Below are positions 40,124 through 49,662 of a stretch of DNA of 64,000 nt, piece by piece (position 1 is the first letter of the stretch; each line of letters opens with the position of its first letter). The translations under genes and the position numbers were made by a program. The notes below the pieces were generated by a model that did not search any database, was not told the DNA's origin, and was given only the letters and a program-made list of their open reading frames with translations. Origin of the DNA: Dehalococcoidia bacterium. Its GTDB lineage: Bacteria; Chloroflexota; Dehalococcoidia; SM23-28-2. The DNA is taken from positions 1,729,027-1,793,026 of the forward strand of contig CP070630.1 in assembly GCA_020356025.1 (NCBI GenBank). Direction: 5' to 3'.

Positions 40124-41779
40124 ATGGCAACCAAATGGTGGGGCTGGGGAGAAGAGCAGCGAACCTTCCCCCTGCCGCATGGGGAGCAGTTCTGGGCCCA
40201 CGTCAGCAGCTGGCTGGGCGAGCTTGGCGTCGGCCAGCGTATCGAATCCCTCGCCGAGGTCGCCTTGCCTCCCTCTCGCCTCGAATCGAAGGCCCTGGAC
40301 GCCCTGCGCGCCGCCTCAGGCGCTGACTCCCTCTCCACCGACAGCGTTGACAGGGCCGTCCACAGCCTCGGCAAGAGCTATTGCGACCTCGTACGCATCC
40401 GCCGGGGGGAGATCCCCCATGCCACCGATGCCGTCGTCTATCCGGAGACGGAGGAGCAGGTGGCCGCGCTGCTGAACGCAGCAGCCGAGCGAGGCATCGC
40501 CGTTATTCCCTTCGGCGGCGGCACCTCCGTGCTCGGAGGCGTCGAACCCCTTGGATCCAAGCCGACTGTTACTCTGGACCTGCAGCGAATGAACCGTCTG
40601 CTGCAGCTGGACCCACTCGCGGCGACCGCCACCCTCGAGGCTGGGGTTCTCGGCCCCTCTCTCGAGCAACAGCTCAACGCCAACGGCTTCACCCTCGGCC
40701 ACTTCCCTCAATCCTTCGAGTACTCCAGCCTTGGTGGCTGGATCGCCACCCGCTCAGCAGGCCAGAACTCCACCCTCTACGGCAAGATCGAGCACAGAGT
40801 GGAGAGCCTGCGCATGGCCTTCCCAGGCGGCACCATCGCCACCCCAGCCGTCCCTGCCGCCGCCGCTGGCCCCGACCTCAACCAGATGATCGCCGGCTCG
40901 GAGGGCGTACTGGGGGTGATCACTCAGGCGACCGTTCGCCTGGCACCCCTTCCCAAGCGCTGCGACTACCGTGGCTACGTCTTCCCCTCCTTCCAGGCTG
41001 GCGTCGAAGCCTCTCGCGAACTGATGCAGTCGGGCCTGACGCCATCCGTCCTGCGTCTCTCCGACGAGACCGAGACCGAGGTCAGCCTGGCCATGAGACC
41101 CCCGCCTCGCGCACTGATGGCCGCCGCCGAAGGGCTGTACCTCGCCCTGCGCAGGATCAGCTTCGAGGGCACCGCTTTGATGATCGTGGGCTTCGATGGA
41201 GACGAGGACCAGGTACGCTCCGACTGGCGCCGCGCCCACCGCATCCTCCGCCGCCACGAGGGGTCATCCCTGGGACGCCGCCCGGGGCGAGCCTGGGAGC
41301 GCGCCCGCTTCGAGCACCCCTACCTGAGAGACCTCCTCCTCGATCACGCTATCATGGTGGACACCCTCGAGACGGCTGTCACCTGGGACCGCTACCTGGC
41401 ACTCTATGGCTCCGTGCGTGATGCGATGGCCAAGGCCATGGACGGCCGCGGGTTAGTGATGGCCCATCTCTCACACGCCTACAGCGATGGCGCCTCCCTC
41501 TACTACACTTTCCTGGCCCGCCAGGCGGCGGGCCAGGAAATGGAGCAGTGGCAGCAGGTCAAGGTCGCTGCGACCGACGCCATCATCGCCGCCGGTGGCG
41601 CCCTCAGTCACCACCACGGCATCGGCAGCGACCATCAGCCCTGGATGTCCCGATACCTGGGGCCGGCCGGCGTTCGGACACTGGCCGCCCTTAAGCAGAC
41701 CTTCGACCCCCACGGCCTCATGAACCCGGGCAAACTGATGCCCACAAGCGAGGATGACAGCGATGTTAGCGATGTTTAG
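40124..41779 (+). CDS. FAD-linked oxidase, alkyl-DHAP synthase (ADPS/AgpS)-like
   Basis: KWWGWG, PFGGGTSV, GHFPQSFEYS.LGGW.ATRS.G, SHAY.DGASLY and SHHHGIG motifs. Confidence 0.82.
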   Translation: MATKWWGWGEEQRTFPLPHGEQFWAHVSSWLGELGVGQRIESLAEVALPPSRLESKALDALRAASGADSLSTDSVDRAVHSLGKSYCDLVRIRRGEIPHATDAVVYPETEEQVAALLNAAAERGIAVIPFGGGTSVLGGVEPLGSKPTVTLDLQRMNRLLQLDPLAATATLEAGVLGPSLEQQLNANGFTLGHFPQSFEYSSLGGWIATRSAGQNSTLYGKIEHRVESLRMAFPGGTIATPAVPAAAAGPDLNQMIAGSEGVLGVITQATVRLAPLPKRCDYRGYVFPSFQAGVEASRELMQSGLTPSVLRLSDETETEVSLAMRPPPRALMAAAEGLYLALRRISFEGTALMIVGFDGDEDQVRSDWRRAHRILRRHEGSSLGRRPGRAWERARFEHPYLRDLLLDHAIMVDTLETAVTWDRYLALYGSVRDAMAKAMDGRGLVMAHLSHAYSDGASLYYTFLARQAAGQEMEQWQQVKVAATDAIIAAGGALSHHHGIGSDHQPWMSRYLGPAGVRTLAALKQTFDPHGLMNPGKLMPTSEDDSDVSDV

Positions 41780-43505
41780 GAAGGCAACGCCCACCGGCAC
41801 ATTCTCTTACCGCACCCGCACCGGCTATCTCGATCGCGTCCAGCAGCAGACCTTCGACCTGGTCATCATCGGCGGCGGCATCACCGGCGCCGGCATCGCC
41901 CGCGACGCCGCCATGCGCGGCCTATCCGTGGCCCTCCTCGAAAAAGGCGACTTCGCCGCAGGCACCAGCAGTAGGTCCTCCAAGATGATCCACGGCGGCC
42001 TGCGCTACCTCAGGCATTTCCAGATTCGCCTGGTCAAGGAGTCTCTGCGAGAGCGTGAGGTGCTGCTGAAGATCGCTCCCCACCTAGTTCATCCCTTCCC
42101 TTACATCCTGCCGGTCTACGAGGGCGGCCCCAACAGCCGCCTCCAGCTAAAGGTGGGCCTAGTCGCCTACGACCTGCTGGCCGGCTCCCGCCGCGTCGAG
42201 CATCACACGATGCTCTCCGCAGACGAAGTGCTGAGGATGGAGCCAACCTTGCGCCGAGACCGGCTAAGAGGCGGCTTCCGCTACTTCGACTGTCTGGTAG
42301 ACGACGCTCGCCTGACCCTCGCCACCATTCGCTCCGCGGCCAGCCACGGCGCCGCCGTTATCAGCTACGCCGAGGTCACCGACCTCGAGCGAGACGAGGA
42401 TCGGGTGACAGGCGTCCGTTTCAGCGACCGCCTGGACGGTCGCACCGGCACCATTAGCGCTCGTGTCGTGGTCAACGCCACCGGCCCCTGGACGGACGAA
42501 CTGCGGGCCAAGGCCGAGGCGCCCCCCATGCTCCGCCCAACGAAAGGGATCCATCTAACGCTCCCTCACTCCAGCCTCCCGTTGTCCTCCATCATCGCCT
42601 TCCCTGCCATCGACGATCGCCTCATGTTCGCCGTTCCCCTGGGGAACTGTACCTATGTAGGAACCACTGATACAGACTACACCGCCAGCCCCGACCAAGC
42701 GAGAGCCGACGCCGCCGACGTGCAGTACCTTCTGGATTCGCTGAACGCTACCTTCCAGGGGCTCCAAGCGTCGCCATCGGACGTCACCTCCACCTGGGCA
42801 GGCGTGCGCCCTCTGGTGTCCGAGGAGGGTGCTCCCTCAGACCTGCCCAGGGACTACGAGATCCAGTTCGAGCCCCCAGGGCTCGTCTCCATCACCGGCG
42901 GCAAGCTCACCACCTACCGGGCTATGGCCGAAGAACTAGTGAACCTCGTCGTGCAGCGGGAAGGAAAGCGCTTAGGCTGGTCGGCGGTGCCCTGCCGCAC
43001 GGCTGAGAGTCCCCTTCCCGGCGGCCACCTGGATGCATTCGAACGCTTCGCCAAGGCCACGGCCTCCGCCCTGGAGCAAAGCTGGGCTCTCCCGCGCCCG
43101 GCCGCCGAGCGCCTGCTGCGCACATATGGAACGGACTACGTGAAGGTGCTGGGATACGCCCTGTCAGATCGGCGGCTCCTCAGCCCCCTGCTACCCGACG
43201 GCTCAGTGCTGAGAGTGGAGGCCATCTACGCCACCGCCGAGGAGATGGCGCTCACCCTCGAGGATTTCATGGCCCGCCGCACGGATTTGATGCTCTTCGA
43301 CCACAACCACGGCCTGAGTGCCGCGAGCGAGGCGACTCGCCTCATGGCAAGAGTCCTGAGATGGGATTGGCGCCAGCGCCAGCAGCAGGTCCAACGCTAC
43401 CGCGAGGCCGTGGCCGCCATGACCACCTTCGCCGCCGCCGTCGAGGAACCAGCCACCGCGGAACCAGCCGCGGAGGAGCCAGCCGCAGCCGAAGAGCCAG
43501 CCTGA
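41754..43505 (+). CDS. glpD: FAD-dependent glycerol-3-phosphate dehydrogenase
   Basis: IIGGGITG.G, GTSSRSSKMIHGGLRYL, NATGPW, GVRPL and GGKLTTYR motifs; start could be 41763 or 41772. Confidence 0.88.
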   Translation: MTAMLAMFRKATPTGTFSYRTRTGYLDRVQQQTFDLVIIGGGITGAGIARDAAMRGLSVALLEKGDFAAGTSSRSSKMIHGGLRYLRHFQIRLVKESLREREVLLKIAPHLVHPFPYILPVYEGGPNSRLQLKVGLVAYDLLAGSRRVEHHTMLSADEVLRMEPTLRRDRLRGGFRYFDCLVDDARLTLATIRSAASHGAAVISYAEVTDLERDEDRVTGVRFSDRLDGRTGTISARVVVNATGPWTDELRAKAEAPPMLRPTKGIHLTLPHSSLPLSSIIAFPAIDDRLMFAVPLGNCTYVGTTDTDYTASPDQARADAADVQYLLDSLNATFQGLQASPSDVTSTWAGVRPLVSEEGAPSDLPRDYEIQFEPPGLVSITGGKLTTYRAMAEELVNLVVQREGKRLGWSAVPCRTAESPLPGGHLDAFERFAKATASALEQSWALPRPAAERLLRTYGTDYVKVLGYALSDRRLLSPLLPDGSVLRVEAIYATAEEMALTLEDFMARRTDLMLFDHNHGLSAASEATRLMARVLRWDWRQRQQQVQRYREAVAAMTTFAAAVEEPATAEPAAEEPAAAEEPA

Positions 43506-44422
43506 TGCCAGACCTCCTCCTCATCGTCAACCCCCACTCCGCCAATGGCTCCACCGGCCGCCGCTGGCCGGCCATCGAGGCCAAGCTGCGCTCGCTCCTT
43601 CCTCCCTTCGATGTCGCCTTCACGGAGCGCCATGGCCACGCCACCGCCATCGCCCGTGAGGCCGCCGAGCGATACGGCTGCATCGCCCTGGTGGGCGGCG
43701 ACGGCACCGTCAACGAGGTCGCCAACGGCCTCATCGCCGACGATCGCCCCCTTCGCGCTGACCTGACCCTGGGGGTCATCTGCCGCGGCACCGGATCGGA
43801 CTTCATCCGCACCCTGGGTATCCCCCGCGATCTGGAAGGAGCAGCCGAGAGGCTGGCCATGGGGAACGTGCGAGAGATCGACATCGGCAAGATCCGCTAC
43901 CGCAGCCCGGACGGAAGCGAGGCCGTTCGCTACTTCCTCAACGAGGCAGATATCGGCATGGGCGCCGTCGTCTCCGACCGAGTCAACCGCAGCTCCAAGA
44001 GACTGGGCGGACGCCTCTCCTTCCTGCGAGCCACCCTGATCACCGCCCTCGGCTACCGTCCTCACCGCGTGTCTCTCTCCCTCGACGGTGCTCCCGCCCA
44101 GCAGATCGTTCTGGCCTCTGCCTGGTTCGCCAACGGCCAGTACTCCGGCGGCGGCATCCGCGACGCCCCCCGCGCTCGCCTGGACGACGGCCTTCTAGAT
44201 GTGGTGTGTGTCGGCCACCTGAGCCACCTGCAGAAGCTCACCTTCTTTCCCAAGCTACGCAGCGGCGCCTTCGTCGACCTACCCCAGGTCACCTACCTTA
44301 CCGCCCGCCGAATCGAGACCGAATCCCCAGAGCCGGTGCGCGTTGCCACCGAAGGCGAGGCCATCGGCACCCTGCCCGCCACCTTCGAGATCATCAGCGA
44401 GCGCCTGAAGGTTATCGCCTAG
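43505..44422 (+). CDS. Diacylglycerol kinase family lipid kinase (YegS/DgkB-like)
   Basis: IVNP.S, GGDGTVNEV, GTGSDF and NGQY.GGG motifs; TGATG overlap with glpD. Confidence 0.88.
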   Translation: MPDLLLIVNPHSANGSTGRRWPAIEAKLRSLLPPFDVAFTERHGHATAIAREAAERYGCIALVGGDGTVNEVANGLIADDRPLRADLTLGVICRGTGSDFIRTLGIPRDLEGAAERLAMGNVREIDIGKIRYRSPDGSEAVRYFLNEADIGMGAVVSDRVNRSSKRLGGRLSFLRATLITALGYRPHRVSLSLDGAPAQQIVLASAWFANGQYSGGGIRDAPRARLDDGLLDVVCVGHLSHLQKLTFFPKLRSGAFVDLPQVTYLTARRIETESPEPVRVATEGEAIGTLPATFEIISERLKVIA

Positions 44423-44470
44423 CCCTCGCCTTGGCTTGCCATGGTAGAGGAGAGACGGAGAGTCCGAGCA

Positions 44471-45073
44471 ATGGCCCGCATGTCCATCTTCGAACGCTGG
44501 CTGGTCAAGAGCCCCATCCGCGCCTGGCTCCAGCGACGCGAGGTGCGCGCCTTCGCCCGCTGGGCCGCCCTTCCCCCTGAGGCCTCTGTCCTGGATATGG
44601 GCTGCGGCCCCGGCGTCTCCACCGCCCTCATCCTGGACACGCTGCGCCCCCAGCGTCTGGCTGCCTTCGATTTCGACCCGTCGATGGTCGATCTCGCCCG
44701 TCGGCGCCTGGCCCGCCACCTCCACGAACACGATCTCGACCTGACGGTTGCCGACGCCACCCGTATGCCCTATGGGGACGACCTCTTCGACGCCGTCTTC
44801 GAGTCAGGCGTCGTCCACCACATCCCGGACTGGCGGGCCACTCTGCGCGAGGTTGGCCGCGTCCTCAAGCCTGGCGGCCACTTCTGCTTCGCCGAGCCCT
44901 CGCGTGGTCGCTTGCGCCGGGGCATGTACCGGATCCTACCCCACGCCGTCGAGTCGATGTTCGCGCCCGAGGAGTGGCGAGCGACTCTCGCCGAGGCCGG
45001 TCTTGAGGTCGAGGAGCCGCTGCACCGCCTGCCCCTGTGGGACATCTGCGGCGTCGCGACGAAACGGGGCTAG
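44471..45073 (+). CDS. Class I SAM-dependent methyltransferase
   Basis: VLDMGCGPG, ADA..MP, HHIPDW and RVLKPGG motifs. Confidence 0.85.
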   Translation: MARMSIFERWLVKSPIRAWLQRREVRAFARWAALPPEASVLDMGCGPGVSTALILDTLRPQRLAAFDFDPSMVDLARRRLARHLHEHDLDLTVADATRMPYGDDLFDAVFESGVVHHIPDWRATLREVGRVLKPGGHFCFAEPSRGRLRRGMYRILPHAVESMFAPEEWRATLAEAGLEVEEPLHRLPLWDICGVATKRG

Positions 45074-45117
45074 CCCTCCGCCCACCCTGAGCTTGCCGAA
45101 GGGCCTGTCGAAGGGGC
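45074..45117. repeat. REP-like intergenic repeat, copy 3
   Basis: ccctccgcccaccctgagcttgccgaagggcctgtcgaaggggc; first 19 nt identical to copy 1. Confidence 0.7.
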
Positions 45118-45124
45118 TTGCTCC

Positions 45125-47011
45125 CTACGGCGCGATGGCCATGCTGCAGCTCACCGGCACCGTGACCAGGATCAGGAACGCATCGTACTCGTCCAGCGGG
45201 CCCATGTTGGAGATGTCGGGTCTGCCGGGGAAGTAGCGCTCCCAGCCTCCACCCACCAGCCGATAGGCGGCGGCGTAGCTGCTCTCCGCGCAGCCGAACA
45301 CGTCCTCAGGTGGCATGCCGTCGGCGCCCGTCCAGCCATCGTTCTGCCAGCCCGCGCCCCAGTCGAGCGTGCGTTCAGTGCCTAGGGGATCGGCCACCTC
45401 CATCTCACAGGTGATGTCGCCGGTAATGAGGATGAGGAAGGCATCGTGCTGCTCCAGGTCGGTCATGTTGGAGATGTCGGGCCTGCCAGGGAAATAGCGC
45501 TCCCAGCCTCCACTCACCAGGCGATAGGCCGCCGCATAGCTGCCGTCGGCGCAGGCGAACGCCTCCTCGGGAGTGGATGTGCCGGTCCAGGTGGCGTTCT
45601 GCCAGCCCGGACTCCAGTGGAGGGTGCGGGTGGCCTCAGGGGTCGGCGTTGGCGTAGGCGATGGCGTGGGCGTGGGCGACGGCGTGGGCGATGGGGTAGG
45701 CGTCGGCTCGGGCACAGCCACAGGTTCCGAGAACTCGGACGTGTTGCCGTCGGAGTCGGTGGCGGTGGCGGTGATGTTGGGCCCCTCAGGCAAGCCGGGG
45801 AGGGTGCTCCAGTTGCCGTCGTCGTCGGCTTTGAAAGAGCCCTCGTACACCCTGCCCTCGTCCTCGTCGTCGGAGAAGAGGTCGATGCTACAGTTGGGGC
45901 AGGCGGTGCCCATCACTGAGCCGAAGCCGGTGATCACCGGCGGCGGCAGCTCTGTGTTGCCGCCGTCCACCAAGCCGATGCCCTTGTCGCCGTTGGAGTG
46001 GATGGAGTTGCCGCGGATGGTGTTGCCGGTGGTGGTGGCGTCCTCCACCTGCACACCATCTTCGGTGTTGAAGGCGATGAGGTTACCCTCATCGGTCCCC
46101 GTTCCGCCAATGAGGTTGTCGTGGGCGCCACTGTGTATGTATACGCCGACGTCGTTGGGAAGGGCGGCGGTGCCCGAAGCCTTGGTGCCGATGTAGTTGC
46201 CGATAATGGAGTTGCCGGTGGCTTCCCACATTTTCACGCCCCAACGGTTGCCGGAGATGAGATTGTCGGTGACGGTGTTGTTGTCAGCCCATCCGATGAC
46301 CACTCCCGCATCGTTATGCTCGCCCCATTGCCCGCTGCGGTCGGTGCCGATGCGGTTCCCGATCACAGTGTTATCCTCGGTTCCGCTGCCCTCGATCATC
46401 ACGCCGACAGCGCTGTCAGCGAGGACATTCCAGTCGCCCACTGTGTTGTTCTGAGCGCCACCGAGGATGAGCACGGCGGCGTTGCAGTCGCGGATCTCCA
46501 GCCCTTTGATGGTGTTGTTGTCGGAAGTAATGACGAAGCAGCCGGTGCCAATTAGATCCCACCCCTCGCCCTCGATGATGACCCTGGCCCCCGAGCCATC
46601 GATCGCGTCATTGCCGCTGTGCAGACTGTAGTAGGGCGGCTCAAGGTCGATGGGGACAGGCCAAAACGTCCATGGCGAGAAGACAGTCGTGTCGAAAACG
46701 ATGGTGTCCGCGGAGGCCGCGCCGGGCTCCTGTCCGCCGATGCCCTTGCAGATGCCGGGAAGAGGTTCCCATAACGCACCTGAGACCTGGTTGCACTCCT
46801 GCGACCACAGCTCGCCGAGCTCAAGGTCGCCCGTGGCCAGCATCACGGCCTCGCGCAGGGTCAACACGTCGTCGCGGGTGTTGTTGTGCTCCGTGCTGTC
46901 AACAGTGATGATAACGTCCGGGCTGGCCTGGGCATCCGGCCGGTTGAGCGCCAGGAACATCGAGGCTGCTACGGCTGTAACGAGCAGGATAGCGAGCGCA
47001 AACCACTTCAT
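45125..47011 (-). CDS. Secreted right-handed beta-helix repeat protein with PT linker and two tandem C-terminal domains
   Basis: Signal peptide; LTLREA (CSLREA-like); N.I.GN.IG repeats; GNTSEFS; (PT)n linker; two ~77-aa repeats; upstream TTGACA-N17-TATGAT (47078-47106). Confidence 0.82.
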   Translation of the reverse strand: MKWFALAILLVTAVAASMFLALNRPDAQASPDVIITVDSTEHNNTRDDVLTLREAVMLATGDLELGELWSQECNQVSGALWEPLPGICKGIGGQEPGAASADTIVFDTTVFSPWTFWPVPIDLEPPYYSLHSGNDAIDGSGARVIIEGEGWDLIGTGCFVITSDNNTIKGLEIRDCNAAVLILGGAQNNTVGDWNVLADSAVGVMIEGSGTEDNTVIGNRIGTDRSGQWGEHNDAGVVIGWADNNTVTDNLISGNRWGVKMWEATGNSIIGNYIGTKASGTAALPNDVGVYIHSGAHDNLIGGTGTDEGNLIAFNTEDGVQVEDATTTGNTIRGNSIHSNGDKGIGLVDGGNTELPPPVITGFGSVMGTACPNCSIDLFSDDEDEGRVYEGSFKADDDGNWSTLPGLPEGPNITATATDSDGNTSEFSEPVAVPEPTPTPSPTPSPTPTPSPTPTPTPEATRTLHWSPGWQNATWTGTSTPEEAFACADGSYAAAYRLVSGGWERYFPGRPDISNMTDLEQHDAFLILITGDITCEMEVADPLGTERTLDWGAGWQNDGWTGADGMPPEDVFGCAESSYAAAYRLVGGGWERYFPGRPDISNMGPLDEYDAFLILVTVPVSCSMAIAP

Positions 47012-47226
47012 AGGTTCACTCCTTTTCCTCGGTTCGCCCATCGCGAAGGGATCCTACGAACGCGTATGGGTTGCGCCATCATATCTGGCTGCGGCATGTG
47101 TGTCAACGGTAGGCAAGCGCCCGCTCTGCTGAACGCCGCCGCTTGCTCCTAAGGCGCCCAGATCGTAATCTTATGCTGAGGCGGGCCGAGCGGCCCGCCG
47201 AACACTGCCCAGGAGAACGCGACAAC

Positions 47227-48429
47227 ATGGCCGAAACAGCCCTGCACGGGGTCAAAGTCCTCGAGTACTGCCAGATGATCAGCGGCCCCTATTGCGGCAA
47301 GCTCCTGGCCGACCTGGGCGCCGAGGTCATCAAGGTCGAGCAGCCGCCCGCCGGCGACCCCGCCCGCACAAGAGGCCCCTTCCCCAACGACGTCCCTCAC
47401 CCCGCGAAGAGCGGCCTCTTCCTCTACCTGAACACCAACAAGCTGGGTATCACCCTCAACCCGCGCACGACCACCGGCCGCCAGCTCTTCCAAAGCCTGG
47501 CCGAGGAGGCCGATGTCCTCATCGAGGACCGCCCGCCCGGCGAGATGGCAGACCTCGGCCTGGACTACCCCGCCCTCAGCGCCGTCAATCCCCACCTCAT
47601 CGTCACCTCCATAACCCCTTTCGGCCAGACGGGCCCCTACCGCGACTACAAGAGCTATCATCTCAACCTCTATCACGCCAGCGGCCACTCCTCCTTCTTC
47701 TACGTCGCTCCCAAAGACAAGCGTAACGAATCGCCCGTAGTGGCTGGAGGCGAGGTGGGTGACTACGACGGCGGCCTGACCGCCGCCATAGCCACCCTGG
47801 CCGCCCTCTTCTCGCGCCTGACCACCGGCCAGGGCCAGTACATCGATATCTCCAAGTTCGAGGCGCTCCTCGCCCTCGAGCGAGTGGTGGTCGCCCGCTT
47901 CGCCAACACGCCGGAGCCACCCGCCTGGCCTGGCATGGTGGGAGGGCTCGTGCCCAGCAAGGATGAACACGTGGTCATCACCGCCGTCCAGAATCACCAG
48001 TGGCAGGGCCTGATGGAGCTCATGGGCAACCCCGCCTGGTCCCAGGAGGAGAACTGCCGCGATGAGACCACCCGCTCCCAGCACCGTGACGAGATCCAGC
48101 CCCTCCTGGAAGAGTGGATGGCCCAGCACCCCAAGGAGGAGCTCTATCACAAAGGGCAGGCCCTCGGCGTCCCCATCGGGCCGGTGCGCACGGCGGCGGA
48201 GATAGCGAACTGGCCGCAGGCGCGTGAGCGCGGCTTCTTCGCCCAGCTCGACCATCCCCAGGCCGGCAGGCTGGAGTACCCCACCGTTGGCTACAAGATG
48301 TCCGAGACCCCCTGGCGGGGCGAGCGAGCCGCTCCCCTCCTCGGCGAGCACAATGAGCACATCTACTGCGGCCGCCTAGGCTACTCGGCGGAGCAACTCA
48401 CCACGATGGCCGCTGATGGAGCCATCTAG
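47227..48429 (+). CDS. Class III (CaiB/BaiF) CoA-transferase
   Basis: GPYCGKLLADLGAEVIKVE.P..GD, N.NK, ITPFGQTGPY and APLLGEHN motifs. Confidence 0.9.
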   Translation: MAETALHGVKVLEYCQMISGPYCGKLLADLGAEVIKVEQPPAGDPARTRGPFPNDVPHPAKSGLFLYLNTNKLGITLNPRTTTGRQLFQSLAEEADVLIEDRPPGEMADLGLDYPALSAVNPHLIVTSITPFGQTGPYRDYKSYHLNLYHASGHSSFFYVAPKDKRNESPVVAGGEVGDYDGGLTAAIATLAALFSRLTTGQGQYIDISKFEALLALERVVVARFANTPEPPAWPGMVGGLVPSKDEHVVITAVQNHQWQGLMELMGNPAWSQEENCRDETTRSQHRDEIQPLLEEWMAQHPKEELYHKGQALGVPIGPVRTAAEIANWPQARERGFFAQLDHPQAGRLEYPTVGYKMSETPWRGERAAPLLGEHNEHIYCGRLGYSAEQLTTMAADGAI

Positions 48430-48444
48430 CGTGAGAGCTGCCCC

Positions 48445-49656
48445 ATGACGAGAAGACCCCTGGAAGGCGTCAGAATCCTCGACTTCACCTGGGCCTGGGC
48501 CGGGCCCCAGGCCACCCTACTCCTTTCCCTGCTGGGCGCCGAGGTGATCAAGGTGGAGAGCCGCCGTCGCCTCGACCACACCCGCCTCCGCTCCCTGATG
48601 ACAGGGCCGACCATGACCAGCCCCGATCATTCGGTCATCTTCAACGACCTGAACATCGGCAAGCTGAGCCTGACCCTGAACCTCAGCCAGCCCAAAGCAG
48701 TGGAGATAGTGAAGAGGGTTGCCCAGATAAGCGACGTAGTGACCCAGAACATGCGCCCGGGCGTCATGGACAGGCTCGGCCTGGGCTACGACGACCTCAA
48801 GGCGGTCAAGCCTGACATCATCATGCTCTCCTCCTCGGCGGTCGGCGCCACCGGCCCGGAGCGCACCTACGCTGGCTACGCTCCCACCTTTGCCGCCATG
48901 GGCGGTCATGCCTACATCACCGGCCACGCCGATGGCCCTCCCATGCCCCTCAGCGGCGCCGTCGACCTGCGCGTCGGCACCACCTCCGCCTTCGCCATCC
49001 TGGCCGCCCTCTACTATCGAGCACGCACCGGCAAGGGCCAACACATCGACCTGTCCTCCACCGAAGCCATCAGCGCCCTTATCGGGCACACCTTCATGGA
49101 CTACAGCATGAACGGTCGAGTGCAGACCAGAGCCGGAAACCGCGACCACACCATGGCTCCCCACAACTGCTACCCCTGCCTGGGCGACAACAAGTGGGTG
49201 ACCATCGCCGTCGCCTGCGAGGAGGAATGGGGCGCCCTCCACCGCGTGGTGGGCGACAGCCGACTAGAAGAGGAAAGGTTTGCCGACGCCACTAGCCGCT
49301 GGCAGAATCAGGACGCTCTGGATCAGCTCATCGGCGAGTGGACCTCCAACCGCACCCAGGAGGAAGTGACCCAGGCCTTGCAGAAAGTGGGCGTGGCAGC
49401 CATGCCCGTCCTCGATGGGCCGGCGCTCGTCCAGGATGCCCAGCTCCGCGAGCGAGGCGTCCTGCAGTCTCTGGACCACCCGGCCGTCGGCGAGAAGCTG
49501 ACCGTCAACCCGCCGTGGAGGTTCTCGCGAACGCCAGCCGAGATTCGCCGTCCGGGCCCCCTGCTGGGCGAGCACAACCAGTACGTGCTGGGGGAACTTC
49601 TGGGAATGTCCAGCGATGAAATCGAAAAGCTGGTGGCTGAGGAAGTCGTCTACTAG
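48445..49656 (+). CDS. Class III (CaiB/BaiF) CoA-transferase, second subunit/paralogue
   Basis: WAGP...L..LGAEVIKVES, N.RPG..DRLGLGY and GPLLGEHN motifs. Confidence 0.9.
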   Translation: MTRRPLEGVRILDFTWAWAGPQATLLLSLLGAEVIKVESRRRLDHTRLRSLMTGPTMTSPDHSVIFNDLNIGKLSLTLNLSQPKAVEIVKRVAQISDVVTQNMRPGVMDRLGLGYDDLKAVKPDIIMLSSSAVGATGPERTYAGYAPTFAAMGGHAYITGHADGPPMPLSGAVDLRVGTTSAFAILAALYYRARTGKGQHIDLSSTEAISALIGHTFMDYSMNGRVQTRAGNRDHTMAPHNCYPCLGDNKWVTIAVACEEEWGALHRVVGDSRLEEERFADATSRWQNQDALDQLIGEWTSNRTQEEVTQALQKVGVAAMPVLDGPALVQDAQLRERGVLQSLDHPAVGEKLTVNPPWRFSRTPAEIRRPGPLLGEHNQYVLGELLGMSSDEIEKLVAEEVVY

Positions 49657-49662
49657 GGCAAC

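Noticed and set aside
43440-43505. Short GAGGARCCAGCC-type repeats at the end of glpD
   Set aside because: They encode a low-complexity EEPA tail; not a separate element
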